In this document: positions 28,012-38,465 of the stretch, one piece after another
Numbering within the stretch: position 1 is the first letter of the stretch
Layout of the letters: every line of letters begins with the position of its first letter
DNA from: an uncultured Chthoniobacterales bacterium
GTDB taxonomy: Bacteria; Verrucomicrobiota; Verrucomicrobiia; Chthoniobacterales; UBA10450
Reading direction: 5' to 3'
Length of the DNA stretch: 49,608 bases
Assembly (NCBI GenBank): GCA_955652255.1
Contig: CATPAW010000137.1
Location: 1 to 49,608, forward strand
Program-made: the position numbers and the translations under genes
The notes under the pieces: model-generated
The model's database searches: none
What the model saw: the letters and a program-made list of their open reading frames with translations, nothing else
What the model was told of the DNA's origin: nothing

Positions 28012-29261
28012 TAGAAATCGAGCGGCAACTTTTTCGGATCCTCGATGCATTCTTTTACTTTGATGAGAAACGTGACCGCTTCTTTGCCATCGATGGCGCG
28101 GTGGTCGTAGCTGAGCGCGAGATACATCATTGGGCGCACCTCCACTTTGCCGTCGATCGCCACCGGTCGCGGCATGATTTTATGCATGCCGAGAATTCCA
28201 CTCTGTGGCGGATTCAAAATCGGCGTGCTCACAAGCGATCCGTAGACGCCGCCGTTTGAAATGGTAAACGTGCCGCCGGTCAAATCTTCGATCTTCAATT
28301 TGCCTTCGCGCGCTTTGGTTGCATAATCGGCAATGTCGCGCTCCAGATCGGCGAAACTTTTTTTGTCAGCGTCGCGCACAATTGGGACAATGAGGCCGCG
28401 CTCGGTGCCAACGGCAACGCCAATGTCGTAGAAATTGTTTTGGATAAAATCTTCGTCTTCGATCCGGCCGTTAACGACCGGCACGGCTTTGAGCGCTTCT
28501 ACACTTGCTTTGATGAAGAACGACATGAAGCCGAGCTTCACCCCGTTCTTTTTCGTGAACGCATCTTGTGATTTCGCGCGCAAATCCTGAACCGCGCTCA
28601 TGTCGCATTCGTTGAACGTGGTGAGGATCGCGGCGGTCTGCTGGGCCATGACCAACTGCGCCGCGATTTTCCGGCGCAGCGGCGACATTCTTTTGCGGGT
28701 GAAGCGGCCGTCGGGCGACTGTCGATCTTCTGTAACGGAAGCCGCTGGCTTCCCTGGGACGGTCCGGGCCGGACTAGCATCAGCAGCGTCCCCTACAGTT
28801 TTTTTTTCGGCGGCCGCGAGAACGTCGCCTTTCGTCAAGCGCCCATCCTTTCCGGTGCCGGAAATTTTTGCCGGCTCGAGATGTTCCTCTTCGACTATCC
28901 GGCGCACGGCGGGCGACAAAGTCTCAACGGTTGTCGATCTTTCTTTCGCCGGTGGAGCAGTTTTCGTTTCCGCTTTTTCCGGCGCGGGCTTTTTCTCAAG
29001 CGGCTCGGACTTCGCGGGCGCGCTCTTTGAATCGTCAATCGTCGCAACGACTTCGCCGATTTTTACTTCCTGACCTTCCGGCACCAAGGCGTCGAGCATG
29101 CCTGATTTTTCGGCGGTGATCTCGGTAGAAACTTTGTCGGTTTCGAGGGTGAAGAGCGCATCGCCGGCATTAACAAAATCGCCGGACTTTTTGTGCCAAA
29201 CGGAAACAATGCCGCTGGATATCGATTCGCCAACTGCAGGGATTTTCACCTCGATGCTCAT
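28011..29261 (-). CDS. sucB: dihydrolipoyllysine-residue succinyltransferase (E2 of 2-oxoglutarate dehydrogenase)
   Basis: Lipoyl domain LETDKV, an Ala/Pro linker, a PSBD ([11 protein letters not shown]) and a catalytic domain ending ...[14 protein letters not shown]. Confidence 0.9.
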   Translation of the reverse strand: MSIEVKIPAVGESISSGIVSVWHKKSGDFVNAGDALFTLETDKVSTEITAEKSGMLDALVPEGQEVKIGEVVATIDDSKSAPAKSEPLEKKPAPEKAETKTAPPAKERSTTVETLSPAVRRIVEEEHLEPAKISGTGKDGRLTKGDVLAAAEKKTVGDAADASPARTVPGKPAASVTEDRQSPDGRFTRKRMSPLRRKIAAQLVMAQQTAAILTTFNECDMSAVQDLRAKSQDAFTKKNGVKLGFMSFFIKASVEALKAVPVVNGRIEDEDFIQNNFYDIGVAVGTERGLIVPIVRDADKKSFADLERDIADYATKAREGKLKIEDLTGGTFTISNGGVYGSLVSTPILNPPQSGILGMHKIMPRPVAIDGKVEVRPMMYLALSYDHRAIDGKEAVTFLIKVKECIEDPKKLPLDF

Positions 29262-29273
29262 GAATGAGCCTAA

Positions 29274-32024
29274 CTAAACGCTGAACGCTTCGGCGACAAG
29301 CGCAGCCTGCCTGCGTTTGTGGAGCACGAGCGCGCCAACGGCCGGACTGGCGCTGGCGGGGCGGCCCGCATAGGCGATTTCGCGGCAAAACATTTTGCGT
29401 AATCGCGGCTCGATGAAACTCCAGGCGCCCATGTTCTGTGATTCTTCCTGGCACCAGACGAGCTTCGCGGTTTTGGGATAAGGCTTGATCATCTCCCGCA
29501 GCTTCTTTTCCGCGAGCGGATAAAGCTGCTCGATCCGAATGATGGCCGCGTTGTCGATTTTTTTCTCGGCGCGATAATTCAAGAGATCGTAGTAAACTTT
29601 CCCCGAACAAAGAATCACGCGCTCTATCTTGTTAGCCGGGCCGACCTTGGGTGAGTCGAGAATTTCTTCGAACCGGCCGCTGGTAAATTCTTCCGCGCGT
29701 GACGACGCGAAATCGGCGCGCAATAAACTTTTCGGCGTCATGATGATAAGCGGCTTGATGAACTTGCGTTTCATTTGTCGCCGCAAAACGTGGAAGTACT
29801 GTGCGGACGTGGTCAGATTGCAGACCTGAATGTTGTCTTCAGCGCACGCTTGCAAAAAACGCTCGAGCCGCGCGCTGGAATGTTCCGGGCCTTGTCCTTC
29901 GTAGCCGTGGGGTAGGAGTAACACGATCCCACTCGGCCGCTGCCATTTCGATTCGGCCGAAACGATGAATTGGTCGATAATAGTTTGCGCGCCGTTCACG
30001 AAATCGCCGAACTGCGCTTCCCACAAGCAAAGCAAGCTTGGGTAATCGAGCGAGTATCCGTAATCGAACCCAAGGACGCCCGCTTCCGAAAGAGGGCTGT
30101 TGTAAATGCAGATGCGAGCCTGCTTTTCCGCCAAATGCATGAGCGGCGTGTACGGCGCGCCCGTTTTTGCGTCGTAAAGAATCGCGTGCCGGGTGCTGAA
30201 CGTGCCGCGTGCGCTGTCTTGTCCAGACAATCGCACCGGCGTTCCTTCCAGAAGCAGCGAACCGAACGCGAGCAATTCGGCGTAATGCCATTCGTAGGGG
30301 CCGCCGCTTTCAAAAACTTTGCGCCGATGCTCGAGCACGACGCGTTTGATCTTCGGCTGAACACTAAATTCTTCCGGCACACGCGTCAGCGCATCGACAA
30401 TTGTTTTCAGCGCTTTTTCGCTGATGGCGGTGGATACAGCCGCGCCGGTGTATTCGGGTTGAAAAACTGCGGTTGATTCCTTGAACTTCGCCTGCTTGCC
30501 GGCCTTCTCTTTTTCCAGTGCTTTGACGTCGTCGAGCGCCATTTCGAGTCGAAGGTCGAACTCCGTTTCCAGCGAAGCCGCGTCGTCATCAGTCAATGTG
30601 CCGGCTTCGAGCAGCTCGCGTTTGTACAACTGTGTAACCGATGGACGCTTGTCGATCTTGGCGTAAAGGTCGGGTTGGGTGAACGCGGGCTCATCGCCCT
30701 CATTGTGTCCGTAACGGCGGTAGCAATACATGTCGATGACGATGTCGCGTCCAAATTCCTGGCGAAAATCGATCGCGAGCTGACTGACGAACAGGATCGC
30801 GAGCGGGTCGTCACCGTTCACATGGAAAATGGGCGCCTCGATCATCTTCGCGATATCGGTGCAATACATCGACGAGCGCGCGTCCTCCGGAAGCGTCGTG
30901 AATCCAATCTGGTTGTTCACGACGATGTGCACGGTCCCGCCCGTTCCGTACCCGTGCAGTTGCGACATGTTCAATGTTTCGGCCACGACTCCCTGCCCCG
31001 CGAAGGCGGCATCGCCATGTATTAAGAGTGGCAACACTTTGCGGCGATGTTCGGTATCACCGCGAATGCGCTGCCGCGCGCGCGCTGTTCCTTCCACAAC
31101 CGGGTCGAGCGCCTCGAGATGACTCGGATTTGCGGAGAGGCGAATCTCCACTTCTGCACCAGATGAAAGTTTTCGAACGGTGTGATAACCGAGATGGTAT
31201 TTCACATCGCCATCGCCGGATACGAGCTCGGGAATGTAATTGTCGCTGAACTCGGTGAAGATAATGCGGAGGGATTTCTTCAAAAAATTCGCCAGCACGT
31301 TAAGGCGCCCGCGATGGGTCATGCCCATGCAGATTTCTTCGACGCCAGCGCCCGGGCATTTGTGCAAAATCGTGTCGAGAATCACCATCAACGCCTCTGC
31401 GCCTTGCAACGAGAACCGCTTTTGCCCGACGTAGCGGGAATGTAAAAAAACTTCGAACGATTCGGCTTCGAGCAATGCGCGCAGCAAAGCGATTTGCACC
31501 GCGCTCGGCGTGTCGCGCTTATCCGGCCGCGATTCGAGACGATGCCGCACCCAATTGCGAATACGCGTGTTCTGGATGTGCATGAACTCGGCGCCGATCG
31601 AGTCCGCATAAATCTTTTCCAGCCGCGCGATCATTTCGCGCAGCTTCATTTCCTCATTGTCGAGGAAGAATTTCGACGAGACCCGAAGATCGAGGTCTTT
31701 TTCGCTGAAACCTAACTCGCGCAACGTGAGCTGCGGATTTTCCGGGCGCTTGTCCGCCAACGGATTAACACGCGCGATCGTGTGCCCAAGGGTACGGTAG
31801 GCATAAACCAGACCGTCGACGCGGGTTTGCAGCGGACCTTCGCGAACCCCGGTGCGCGGCGAAGCAGCCACGGCAGCGCCGTTTCGCTGGGGCAAATTGC
31901 CGAGCTCGAATCCTTCGAAAAAGGCTGACCAACCCGAATCGACCGCCTCCGGATCCTGACGCCAGCGCCGGTAATTCTCCTCGATCAGGTCAAGATTTGC
32001 ACGAGCGGCGATTGAAGTGCGCAT
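29274..32024 (-). CDS. sucA: 2-oxoglutarate dehydrogenase E1 component
   Basis: About 915 aa with the typical blocks GMTHRGRLNVL, HGDAAFAGQGVV and LLLPHGYEGQGPEHSSARLERFLQ. The first ATG is 32024; the track ORF starts at TTG 32042. Confidence 0.9.
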   Translation of the reverse strand: MRTSIAARANLDLIEENYRRWRQDPEAVDSGWSAFFEGFELGNLPQRNGAAVAASPRTGVREGPLQTRVDGLVYAYRTLGHTIARVNPLADKRPENPQLTLRELGFSEKDLDLRVSSKFFLDNEEMKLREMIARLEKIYADSIGAEFMHIQNTRIRNWVRHRLESRPDKRDTPSAVQIALLRALLEAESFEVFLHSRYVGQKRFSLQGAEALMVILDTILHKCPGAGVEEICMGMTHRGRLNVLANFLKKSLRIIFTEFSDNYIPELVSGDGDVKYHLGYHTVRKLSSGAEVEIRLSANPSHLEALDPVVEGTARARQRIRGDTEHRRKVLPLLIHGDAAFAGQGVVAETLNMSQLHGYGTGGTVHIVVNNQIGFTTLPEDARSSMYCTDIAKMIEAPIFHVNGDDPLAILFVSQLAIDFRQEFGRDIVIDMYCYRRYGHNEGDEPAFTQPDLYAKIDKRPSVTQLYKRELLEAGTLTDDDAASLETEFDLRLEMALDDVKALEKEKAGKQAKFKESTAVFQPEYTGAAVSTAISEKALKTIVDALTRVPEEFSVQPKIKRVVLEHRRKVFESGGPYEWHYAELLAFGSLLLEGTPVRLSGQDSARGTFSTRHAILYDAKTGAPYTPLMHLAEKQARICIYNSPLSEAGVLGFDYGYSLDYPSLLCLWEAQFGDFVNGAQTIIDQFIVSAESKWQRPSGIVLLLPHGYEGQGPEHSSARLERFLQACAEDNIQVCNLTTSAQYFHVLRRQMKRKFIKPLIIMTPKSLLRADFASSRAEEFTSGRFEEILDSPKVGPANKIERVILCSGKVYYDLLNYRAEKKIDNAAIIRIEQLYPLAEKKLREMIKPYPKTAKLVWCQEESQNMGAWSFIEPRLRKMFCREIAYAGRPASASPAVGALVLHKRRQAALVAEAFSV

Positions 32025-32101
32025 TGCAAGATTAATCTGCAACCTTTAGATCGAGCGGCAAGTTGACAGTGCAAAGAGTGTTTCGTTACTTGCACGGCGA
32101 A

Positions 32102-33259
32102 ATGCAACCTAATCGCCGACTTGTTCTGATGCTCGCCGGAATCTGCGGAGCTTTCTTCGTTAGCTCGGCATCTTCATTTGCACAGGCCGATCCGGCGGCC
32201 GAGCCCGCCGTCCTGGCGCTGGCAAAAGTCTTGCCGGCAGTGGTCAACATCAACACCGAGCGCGTTGTGCGGCGGACGGTGCGCGATCCAGTCGAAGATT
32301 TTTACGCGCAATTTTTCGGCTACTATCGGGGCCAGCCGCGCGAAATCCGGCAGACGGTGCAAAGCCTCGGCTCAGGATTCATTGTCGATCCCGCGGGATA
32401 CATTGTAACCAACCAGCATGTGGTTGAGCGCGCCGCCGATTTGAAGATCCAGGTCACGACAAACGATAGCAAGACTTACAACGCGCATTACATTACGGGC
32501 GACGACAATACGGACCTGGCCTTCATCAAAATCGACGCCAAAGCCGCCTTCCCATTTATTAGCCTCGATAATATTTCGCCCAACTTGCTCGGTGAAACAG
32601 TCCTCGTGGTGGGCAATGCCGTCGGATATGGCAGCTCCATCAGCCGCGGCGTTCTGAGCGCAACCAAACGCGAGATCACCATCGACAACATCGAATATAA
32701 AAATCTCGTGCAGACGGATGCGGCGATCAATCCTGGCAACAGCGGCGGGCCAGTGATCGATATTTCCGGGCGACTGGTCGGGATCAGTTCGGCCAAAATG
32801 GCCTTCACTCCGCAAGGCATCCCGACGCAGGGACTCGGGTTCGCTATTCCGGCGGAAGTCGTGCGCGACAGCGTTGCCCAATTCAAGAAAGTCGCGGAAA
32901 AGCAACCCGAGCCGAAAAAGCAACTCGCCCCGAACGAAACAGCGACATCGTTGGCGGAGCGACTTTTCGGTATGCAATTACAGGACCTAAGCGGGGAACT
33001 GACCGATGCGCTCGGTTATGCTCGAGGCCGCGGTGTTCTCATCAGCGCAGTCGAATCAAACAGCCCCGCCGATCAAGCGGGGATTGAGCGCGGCCTTGTG
33101 ATTTATCGCGTCGGCAAACAGGATGTTAATTCCATGCGACAGGTGGAGGACCTGCTTGGCGCCGCTCGGAGCGGGACGAGCGTAGACTTTACCGTGGGCG
33201 TGGTGCGGGCCGACAGAGGAGGACAACGGGTCGAAACGGTTACTTTGGCCGCGCGTTAA
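32102..33259 (+). CDS. HtrA/DegP-like S1C serine protease with one PDZ domain
   Basis: Signal peptide; GSGFIVDPAGYIVTNQHVV (His), DLAFIKI (Asp), GNSGGPV (Ser); C-terminal PDZ (GVLISAVESNSPADQAGIERGLVI). Confidence 0.85.
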   Translation: MQPNRRLVLMLAGICGAFFVSSASSFAQADPAAEPAVLALAKVLPAVVNINTERVVRRTVRDPVEDFYAQFFGYYRGQPREIRQTVQSLGSGFIVDPAGYIVTNQHVVERAADLKIQVTTNDSKTYNAHYITGDDNTDLAFIKIDAKAAFPFISLDNISPNLLGETVLVVGNAVGYGSSISRGVLSATKREITIDNIEYKNLVQTDAAINPGNSGGPVIDISGRLVGISSAKMAFTPQGIPTQGLGFAIPAEVVRDSVAQFKKVAEKQPEPKKQLAPNETATSLAERLFGMQLQDLSGELTDALGYARGRGVLISAVESNSPADQAGIERGLVIYRVGKQDVNSMRQVEDLLGAARSGTSVDFTVGVVRADRGGQRVETVTLAAR

Positions 33260-33320
33260 GCAATGCAAAAAAAATTGGCAACGCGCTGGCAGTTCGATTG
33301 TCTGATGAAAATGATTCGCC

Positions 33321-34256
33321 ATGATTAGAGTCGAAAATCTTACCAAGCGCTACGCCGGACAGGCCGCGATTCGCGATCTCAATTTCGAGGTTGGCAAAGG
33401 TGAAATCATGGGATTTCTCGGCCCGAACGGCGCCGGAAAAACAACCACAATGCGGATTCTGGCTGGTTTCATGCCCGCCACCTCCGGTCGCGCCTCAATT
33501 GCAGGATTCGATATTTTTGAGCAATCGCTGCAAGCACGCACTCGTCTCGGTTATATGCCGGAGAATGTGCCGCTCTACGGCGACATGCGCGTGACTGAAT
33601 ATCTCGATTACCGCGCCGCACTCAAAGGCGTGCCGCATCGTCGCATTGCGGAACGCGTCGGCGATGTGAAGGAACTTTGCGGCGTGAAAGATGTTGAAAA
33701 AAAAATAATCGGCGCACTTTCCAAAGGTTATCGGCAGCGCGTTGGTTTGGCCGACGCCCTTTTACACGAGCCCGATCTTCTAATTCTCGACGAACCAACG
33801 ATCGGCCTCGATCCGAATCAAATCCGGCAGGTGCGCGAGCTGATCAAGAACCTCGGCCGGCAGCACACCATTTTGCTTTCGACGCACATACTCCCGGAAG
33901 TCGAAATGACATGCAGCCGCGTCACCATCATTCACAAGGGGCGAATCGAAGCATGCGACACGCCGGAAAACTTGCTCGGCAAACTTCGCCAAGCCGGCGG
34001 TGTCGTGCTCGAGGCAAAAGTGGGAAAAGATAATGGCGCCGAAGAGCTCAAGAAAATTTCGGCTGTGCGCGATGTTACGACGGATGTCGATGGGGAGTGG
34101 AATGTTTTTTCCTTGCGTGTCGAATCCGGCGCTGACGTGCGTGAGGAAGTTTTTCGGCTGGCAACCGCGCGGCACTGGACGGTACGCGAACTGACACAAC
34201 GCCGCGCCACGCTTGAAGACGTGTTCGTCGAGATCACGCACGCGGACGAAGTGTAG
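33321..34256 (+). CDS. ABC transporter ATP-binding protein (ABC-2/GldA-like)
   Basis: Walker A GPNGAGKTT, signature LSKGYRQRVGLA and Walker B LLILDEPT. Confidence 0.9.
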   Translation: MIRVENLTKRYAGQAAIRDLNFEVGKGEIMGFLGPNGAGKTTTMRILAGFMPATSGRASIAGFDIFEQSLQARTRLGYMPENVPLYGDMRVTEYLDYRAALKGVPHRRIAERVGDVKELCGVKDVEKKIIGALSKGYRQRVGLADALLHEPDLLILDEPTIGLDPNQIRQVRELIKNLGRQHTILLSTHILPEVEMTCSRVTIIHKGRIEACDTPENLLGKLRQAGGVVLEAKVGKDNGAEELKKISAVRDVTTDVDGEWNVFSLRVESGADVREEVFRLATARHWTVRELTQRRATLEDVFVEITHADEV

Positions 34257-34276
34257 CGATTGTCGATCTAACGAGT

Positions 34277-35032
34277 ATGAGAAAATTTTACACTCTGCTG
34301 TCGCGCGAAGTGCGCAGCTATTTTTATTCGCCCATCGCCTACATCGTTCTCGTTTTTTTCCTGCTCGTAAGCGGGGTCGATTTTTATTTTCAAATCTCGT
34401 TCATGAACCAGCGGCCAGTGCCGTACTCGGTTCAGGAGGCATTTTTTAATTCTGTGTTCTTCTGGTTTGCCTTCGTTTTGATTTTTCCGCTCATCACGAT
34501 GCGCCTGTTCGCGGAAGAATTTAAGCTCGGCACGATTGAGCCGCTCATGACCGCGCCGGTGCGGGACTGGCAGGTTGTTCTTTCAAAATTTTTCGGTGGG
34601 CTCGTTTTCTATATAATTCTCTGGGTTCCGACAGCGTTTTATTTCGCAATTTTCCAATACATCGCCGGTCGTCCAGCGGCCGGGTCGATCGGCGCCTATT
34701 GGGGTTCTTATTTAATGCTCCTGCTCGTGGGGATGTTTTATCTCTCGGTCGGATGTTTTGCTTCGGTCCTGACGAAAAACCAAATCATCGCCGCGATCAT
34801 TTCCTTTTGCGCAATCACGCTCTTATTTTTTCTCGGCCTTGTTCAATTCATTCTGCTCGATGTCAGTTCGGCGACGCGCGACTTGCTCGGTTATTTCTCC
34901 GCTCTCGAGCACATGGGCACGTTCTCGCGCGGTGTCATCGATACGCGGCCGATCGTTCTCTATCTGAGCATGACCGTGGTGATGTTGACGCTTACCCATC
35001 AGGCATTCCAATCGCGCAAATGGAGACTGTGA
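34277..35032 (+). CDS. ABC-2 family permease (GldF-like)
   Basis: Six TM segments. SYFYSPIAYIVLVFFLL... and EEFKLGTIEPLMTAPV are typical of the ABC-2 GldF/NosY-like family. Confidence 0.8.
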   Translation: MRKFYTLLSREVRSYFYSPIAYIVLVFFLLVSGVDFYFQISFMNQRPVPYSVQEAFFNSVFFWFAFVLIFPLITMRLFAEEFKLGTIEPLMTAPVRDWQVVLSKFFGGLVFYIILWVPTAFYFAIFQYIAGRPAAGSIGAYWGSYLMLLLVGMFYLSVGCFASVLTKNQIIAAIISFCAITLLFFLGLVQFILLDVSSATRDLLGYFSALEHMGTFSRGVIDTRPIVLYLSMTVVMLTLTHQAFQSRKWRL

Positions 35033-36528
35033 TCGTGGCCAACGAGAAACAACAGCCCGCGCCGAAGAAAATTCACCGCGTCCAGATCGGGGTGAACGTC
35101 CTTCTTCAAGTCGTGCTCGTTCTTTTCCTCGCCACGATGGTGAATTCGCTCGGTTTCAAGCATTACAAACGCTGGGATTTTTCGCGCGATCAAAAATATG
35201 CGCTCTCCGATAAAACGAAGCGCTTCCTCGATACGATCAAAGGTAAATTGCGCATCACCGTTTTCTTTTCGCCGAACACACCGATCACCGGGGACGTGCA
35301 GAACCTGCTGACGGAATATCAATACGCGGCCAAAGGTAAGATCGACATCGAGAACATCGATCCGGAGCGCAATCTTTCGCGCGCCAAAGAGATGTTCGAT
35401 AAATACAAAGTGGTTAGCGACGAAAGTCTGCTCGTGATCGATTACAGCGGACGCAATAAAACGGTGAAAGCCTCCGAAATGGCCGATGTCGATCAAAGCG
35501 GAATGGCTTTCGGCGAAGGTCCACGCGTGACGGCGTTCAAAGGCGAACAAACCATTACCGCCGCAATGATTGATTTGGTCGAAGGCAAGAAGAACACTCT
35601 TGGTTACGTGCTCGGACACAAGGAAGCGCCGATTTCCGGTAATACCCCGATCTCGGTGCTGAAAACATTCATCGAAAACGAAAACATCAAGTTCCAAGAG
35701 TTGAATCTCTTCGACGTCGGCGCGATTCCCCCCGATTTGAAGGCGATCGTGATCGCCGGGCCGCAGTACGATTTCTCCGATCGGGAAATGAAATTGCTGC
35801 GTGAGTTCTGGGAAAAGCAGGGACGCCTCCTGCTGCTGCTCGATCCAGCGGCCAAGACGCCGAAGATGGACGCATTTCTAAGCGAGCTTGGCCTGAAGGT
35901 GAACGATGATCGCTTGATGGTATTTTTGCGGACGGGAATCCAGGAGGTTGCGCTCACACGCGACGTGCAAGCACATTTCCTAGGCGGCAGCCCAATCACG
36001 AAACGGCTGGCGGACGTGAGCGCGTTGTTTTTTGGCGGGACCTCATCGCTCACGCTCGAGCCGGAACGAGTACGTGCAGCCAATGTTCGGCTCGAGCCGC
36101 TAGCTCAGGCGGAGAAAGGTTATTTCGCCGAGACCGATTACAACACGAGCGATCAGGCTAAACTTCAGGCCGATGCCACGCGAAATCCCGGTACTCCCCT
36201 GATGATCGCTGGGTCGATTGAAAAAGGTGGCAGTGGCGACGAGCGCGTGCAGGTCAATTCGTCGCGCATGGTGGTGGTAAGCAATTCGACTTTTATTCAA
36301 GACAACGCGCTCACGCAGGACCAACAGGCGCTCGATTTCATCTCCGGCAGCATGAACTGGCTGCTGAGTCGAGAACAGCTTATCGGCATCTCGCCCAAAA
36401 TTCCCAAGACACTCACGTTCACTCTCACCGAAAGCGCGTTGAGCCATGTTCGCTGGCTGATCCTTGTCCTAATGCCGCTCATTCCCGCGTGTATCGGCGC
36501 AGCGGTGTGGTGGCGGCGCCGCGCCTGA
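35020..36528 (+). CDS. GldG-like ABC-transport auxiliary protein
   Basis: ATG 35020 overlaps the permease gene end. There is an N-terminal TM, a large periplasmic domain (RWDFSRDQKYALSDKT...) and a C-terminal TM. The upstream part of the track ORF (34699-) is an out-of-frame shadow of the permease. Confidence 0.75.
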   Translation: METVIVANEKQQPAPKKIHRVQIGVNVLLQVVLVLFLATMVNSLGFKHYKRWDFSRDQKYALSDKTKRFLDTIKGKLRITVFFSPNTPITGDVQNLLTEYQYAAKGKIDIENIDPERNLSRAKEMFDKYKVVSDESLLVIDYSGRNKTVKASEMADVDQSGMAFGEGPRVTAFKGEQTITAAMIDLVEGKKNTLGYVLGHKEAPISGNTPISVLKTFIENENIKFQELNLFDVGAIPPDLKAIVIAGPQYDFSDREMKLLREFWEKQGRLLLLLDPAAKTPKMDAFLSELGLKVNDDRLMVFLRTGIQEVALTRDVQAHFLGGSPITKRLADVSALFFGGTSSLTLEPERVRAANVRLEPLAQAEKGYFAETDYNTSDQAKLQADATRNPGTPLMIAGSIEKGGSGDERVQVNSSRMVVVSNSTFIQDNALTQDQQALDFISGSMNWLLSREQLIGISPKIPKTLTFTLTESALSHVRWLILVLMPLIPACIGAAVWWRRRA

Positions 36529-36543
36529 TTCTTTAATCGCCTT

Positions 36544-38391
36544 ATGAAATGGAAGACAACGCTCGTTTTGCTGACGATTGCGCTCGCCCTGGCTGTCTAT
36601 ATCAAATTCTACGAAAGCAAGCGCCCGAACACCGAAGAAGCAAAGCGACAGGCCCAAAACGTCGTCAATTTCAGTCGCGAAAAGATCGACGGGATCGTAA
36701 TTCAAAACGGCGATGACAAGATCGACATGCGCCGTCGGGACAATAAATGGCGGCTGGAAACGCCGATCAAGGACCAGGCTGACAATTCATTGATCGAGAA
36801 TCTTCTCTTCGATCTCGAAAGCTGGCAGAAAGACGCGACCATTCCGGCCAAGCAAATCGAGGCCGAGAAAAACAAGTTAAATGAATACGGCCTGAGCAAG
36901 CCAAAGCTGCGCTTGAGATTGCTCGGACCCGATGCGCCGCCGGAAATCTTGTTCGGCAAAGACGCGGCGCTCGAAGGCAAAATGTATGTGCGCTTCGAAA
37001 ATTCGAAGGAAACATTTCTCACCGCGCAGTCCATCAAGAAGGAAATCGGGAAAAAGCCGGAGGAATTTCGCGACAGAAAATTGACCGACCTAATCAGCGC
37101 GCAGGTCTCGCGGGTCGTGCTGAAGACCGCCGCCGGTGAGATGGAGTTGCAGAAAAAAGGCGATCATTGGGAAATCATGAAGCCGTTGCGCGCGCGCGGC
37201 GACGATCAAAAGATCGGCGACCTGATCGCTCAGGTCACGACCGCGCACATTCAACAATTCGTGGCCGACGATCGCGGTGATCTGCATCCGTACGGCCTGG
37301 CCGAGCCGCGAGGATCGATCACGCTCTTCACTCAGGGCGACAAGCAAGGTCAGATGCTCCAGATCGGCGCCGTACCGGAAAAAGAAAAGGACCAGATCTA
37401 CGTCCGCTTCTCGTCGCGCGCTTTTGTTTACACGCTCCCGAAAAAAACCGAAGAGATTCTCAATACCAGGCCGAATGATGTGCGCGACCGGCATCTTGTT
37501 CGCATCGACACGAACATTCTCGACCGGATGGCGATCGATGCGCCGGGCAAAGGCAAGACGGTGCTGGCGCGCAAAGGAGAAAACTGGACCATCGCCAGTC
37601 GCAATAACGCGCCGGCAAATTCCAGCGAGGTGCACCGCCTGATCGACACATTACAAGGCGAACAAGTAACCAAATTTATGGAAGACGTCGCCTCCGATTT
37701 GCCGAAGTACGGGCTGGATAAGCCGCAGTTGCAGTTGACTTTCAGTTCATTTGCATCCGAGAACACGGCCGAAACCAAAGCGGGCGAGCGTCCTTTCGCG
37801 ACGATCGCGTTTGGAAAAGTGGATGGCGAAAACGTCTACGCGCGTCTCGGCGACGAGCCGTTTATTGTGACGGTACGGCGCGGATTACTCGATCAAATCT
37901 TCACCGACCCATTACAGTGGCAGGAGCTCGCCATCTTCAAATCCAAGCCGGAACAAATCCACAGTTTTAGCGTGGTGACTGATAAAGAATTGTCGCTCGT
38001 GCGCGGGGCAAACAATCAGTGGACCTGGCAAAAAGGCAGCGGTGCGATCGATCAGGTAAATGCACAGTCGCTGCTCAATACACTGTCGATGTTGCACGCG
38101 GTGCGCTGGGTGGGCGCGACCACGCCGTCACATGCATTCGAGAAGCCGCAGCTCGTTGCCACTTTCACGACTTCACCCGACGATAAAGCTTTGCACAAAT
38201 TGACAGTCGGAGGAGCAGCCGGTGACGGGATGTGGTTTGCGCGCGCGGATGAGCATGAAGGCACATTTGTCCTCAGCACTCCGGATTTGAACGCACTCAA
38301 GCTGCCGCTCGTCAGTCAATCGTCTCCGTCGCCGTCATCGATTCCATCAGTTGTAACATCACCCGGCGCCACGCCCAGTCCGAAAAGGTAG
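36544..38391 (+). CDS. DUF4340 domain protein (usual partner of GldG-like proteins)
   Basis: N-terminal TM, then repeated beta-rich modules (W.L..P....AD, typical DUF4340). It is the last gene of the ABC operon. The TAG stop lies inside the GTAGGGAC repeat arm. Confidence 0.7.
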   Translation: MKWKTTLVLLTIALALAVYIKFYESKRPNTEEAKRQAQNVVNFSREKIDGIVIQNGDDKIDMRRRDNKWRLETPIKDQADNSLIENLLFDLESWQKDATIPAKQIEAEKNKLNEYGLSKPKLRLRLLGPDAPPEILFGKDAALEGKMYVRFENSKETFLTAQSIKKEIGKKPEEFRDRKLTDLISAQVSRVVLKTAAGEMELQKKGDHWEIMKPLRARGDDQKIGDLIAQVTTAHIQQFVADDRGDLHPYGLAEPRGSITLFTQGDKQGQMLQIGAVPEKEKDQIYVRFSSRAFVYTLPKKTEEILNTRPNDVRDRHLVRIDTNILDRMAIDAPGKGKTVLARKGENWTIASRNNAPANSSEVHRLIDTLQGEQVTKFMEDVASDLPKYGLDKPQLQLTFSSFASENTAETKAGERPFATIAFGKVDGENVYARLGDEPFIVTVRRGLLDQIFTDPLQWQELAIFKSKPEQIHSFSVVTDKELSLVRGANNQWTWQKGSGAIDQVNAQSLLNTLSMLHAVRWVGATTPSHAFEKPQLVATFTTSPDDKALHKLTVGGAAGDGMWFARADEHEGTFVLSTPDLNALKLPLVSQSSPSPSSIPSVVTSPGATPSPKR

Positions 38392-38465
38392 GGACGCACC
38401 TCCGGGGCGTCCCACTATTTTCAAAAAAACCGGTTCGACGGATCGCTTCAGAGAGCCGTCCCTAC
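38388..38465. repeat. palindromic intergenic element, family C (GTAGGGAC ... GTCCCTAC) spanning a convergent gene junction
   Basis: Arms at 38388-38395 and 38458-38465. Each arm contains the TAG stop of the adjacent gene (38389-38391 on plus, 38462-38464 on minus). Confidence 0.75.
38391..38422 (+). terminator. probable intrinsic terminator after the DUF4340 gene
   Basis: GGGACGC (38391-38397) pairs with GCGTCCC (38407-38413), followed by ACTATTTTC. Confidence 0.45.

Noticed and set aside
34699-35019. The N-terminal 107 codons of track ORF 34699-36528.
   Set aside because: This part overlaps the ABC-2 permease out of frame. The GldG-like sequence (basic stretch plus TM) begins at ATG 35020, which overlaps the permease stop region.
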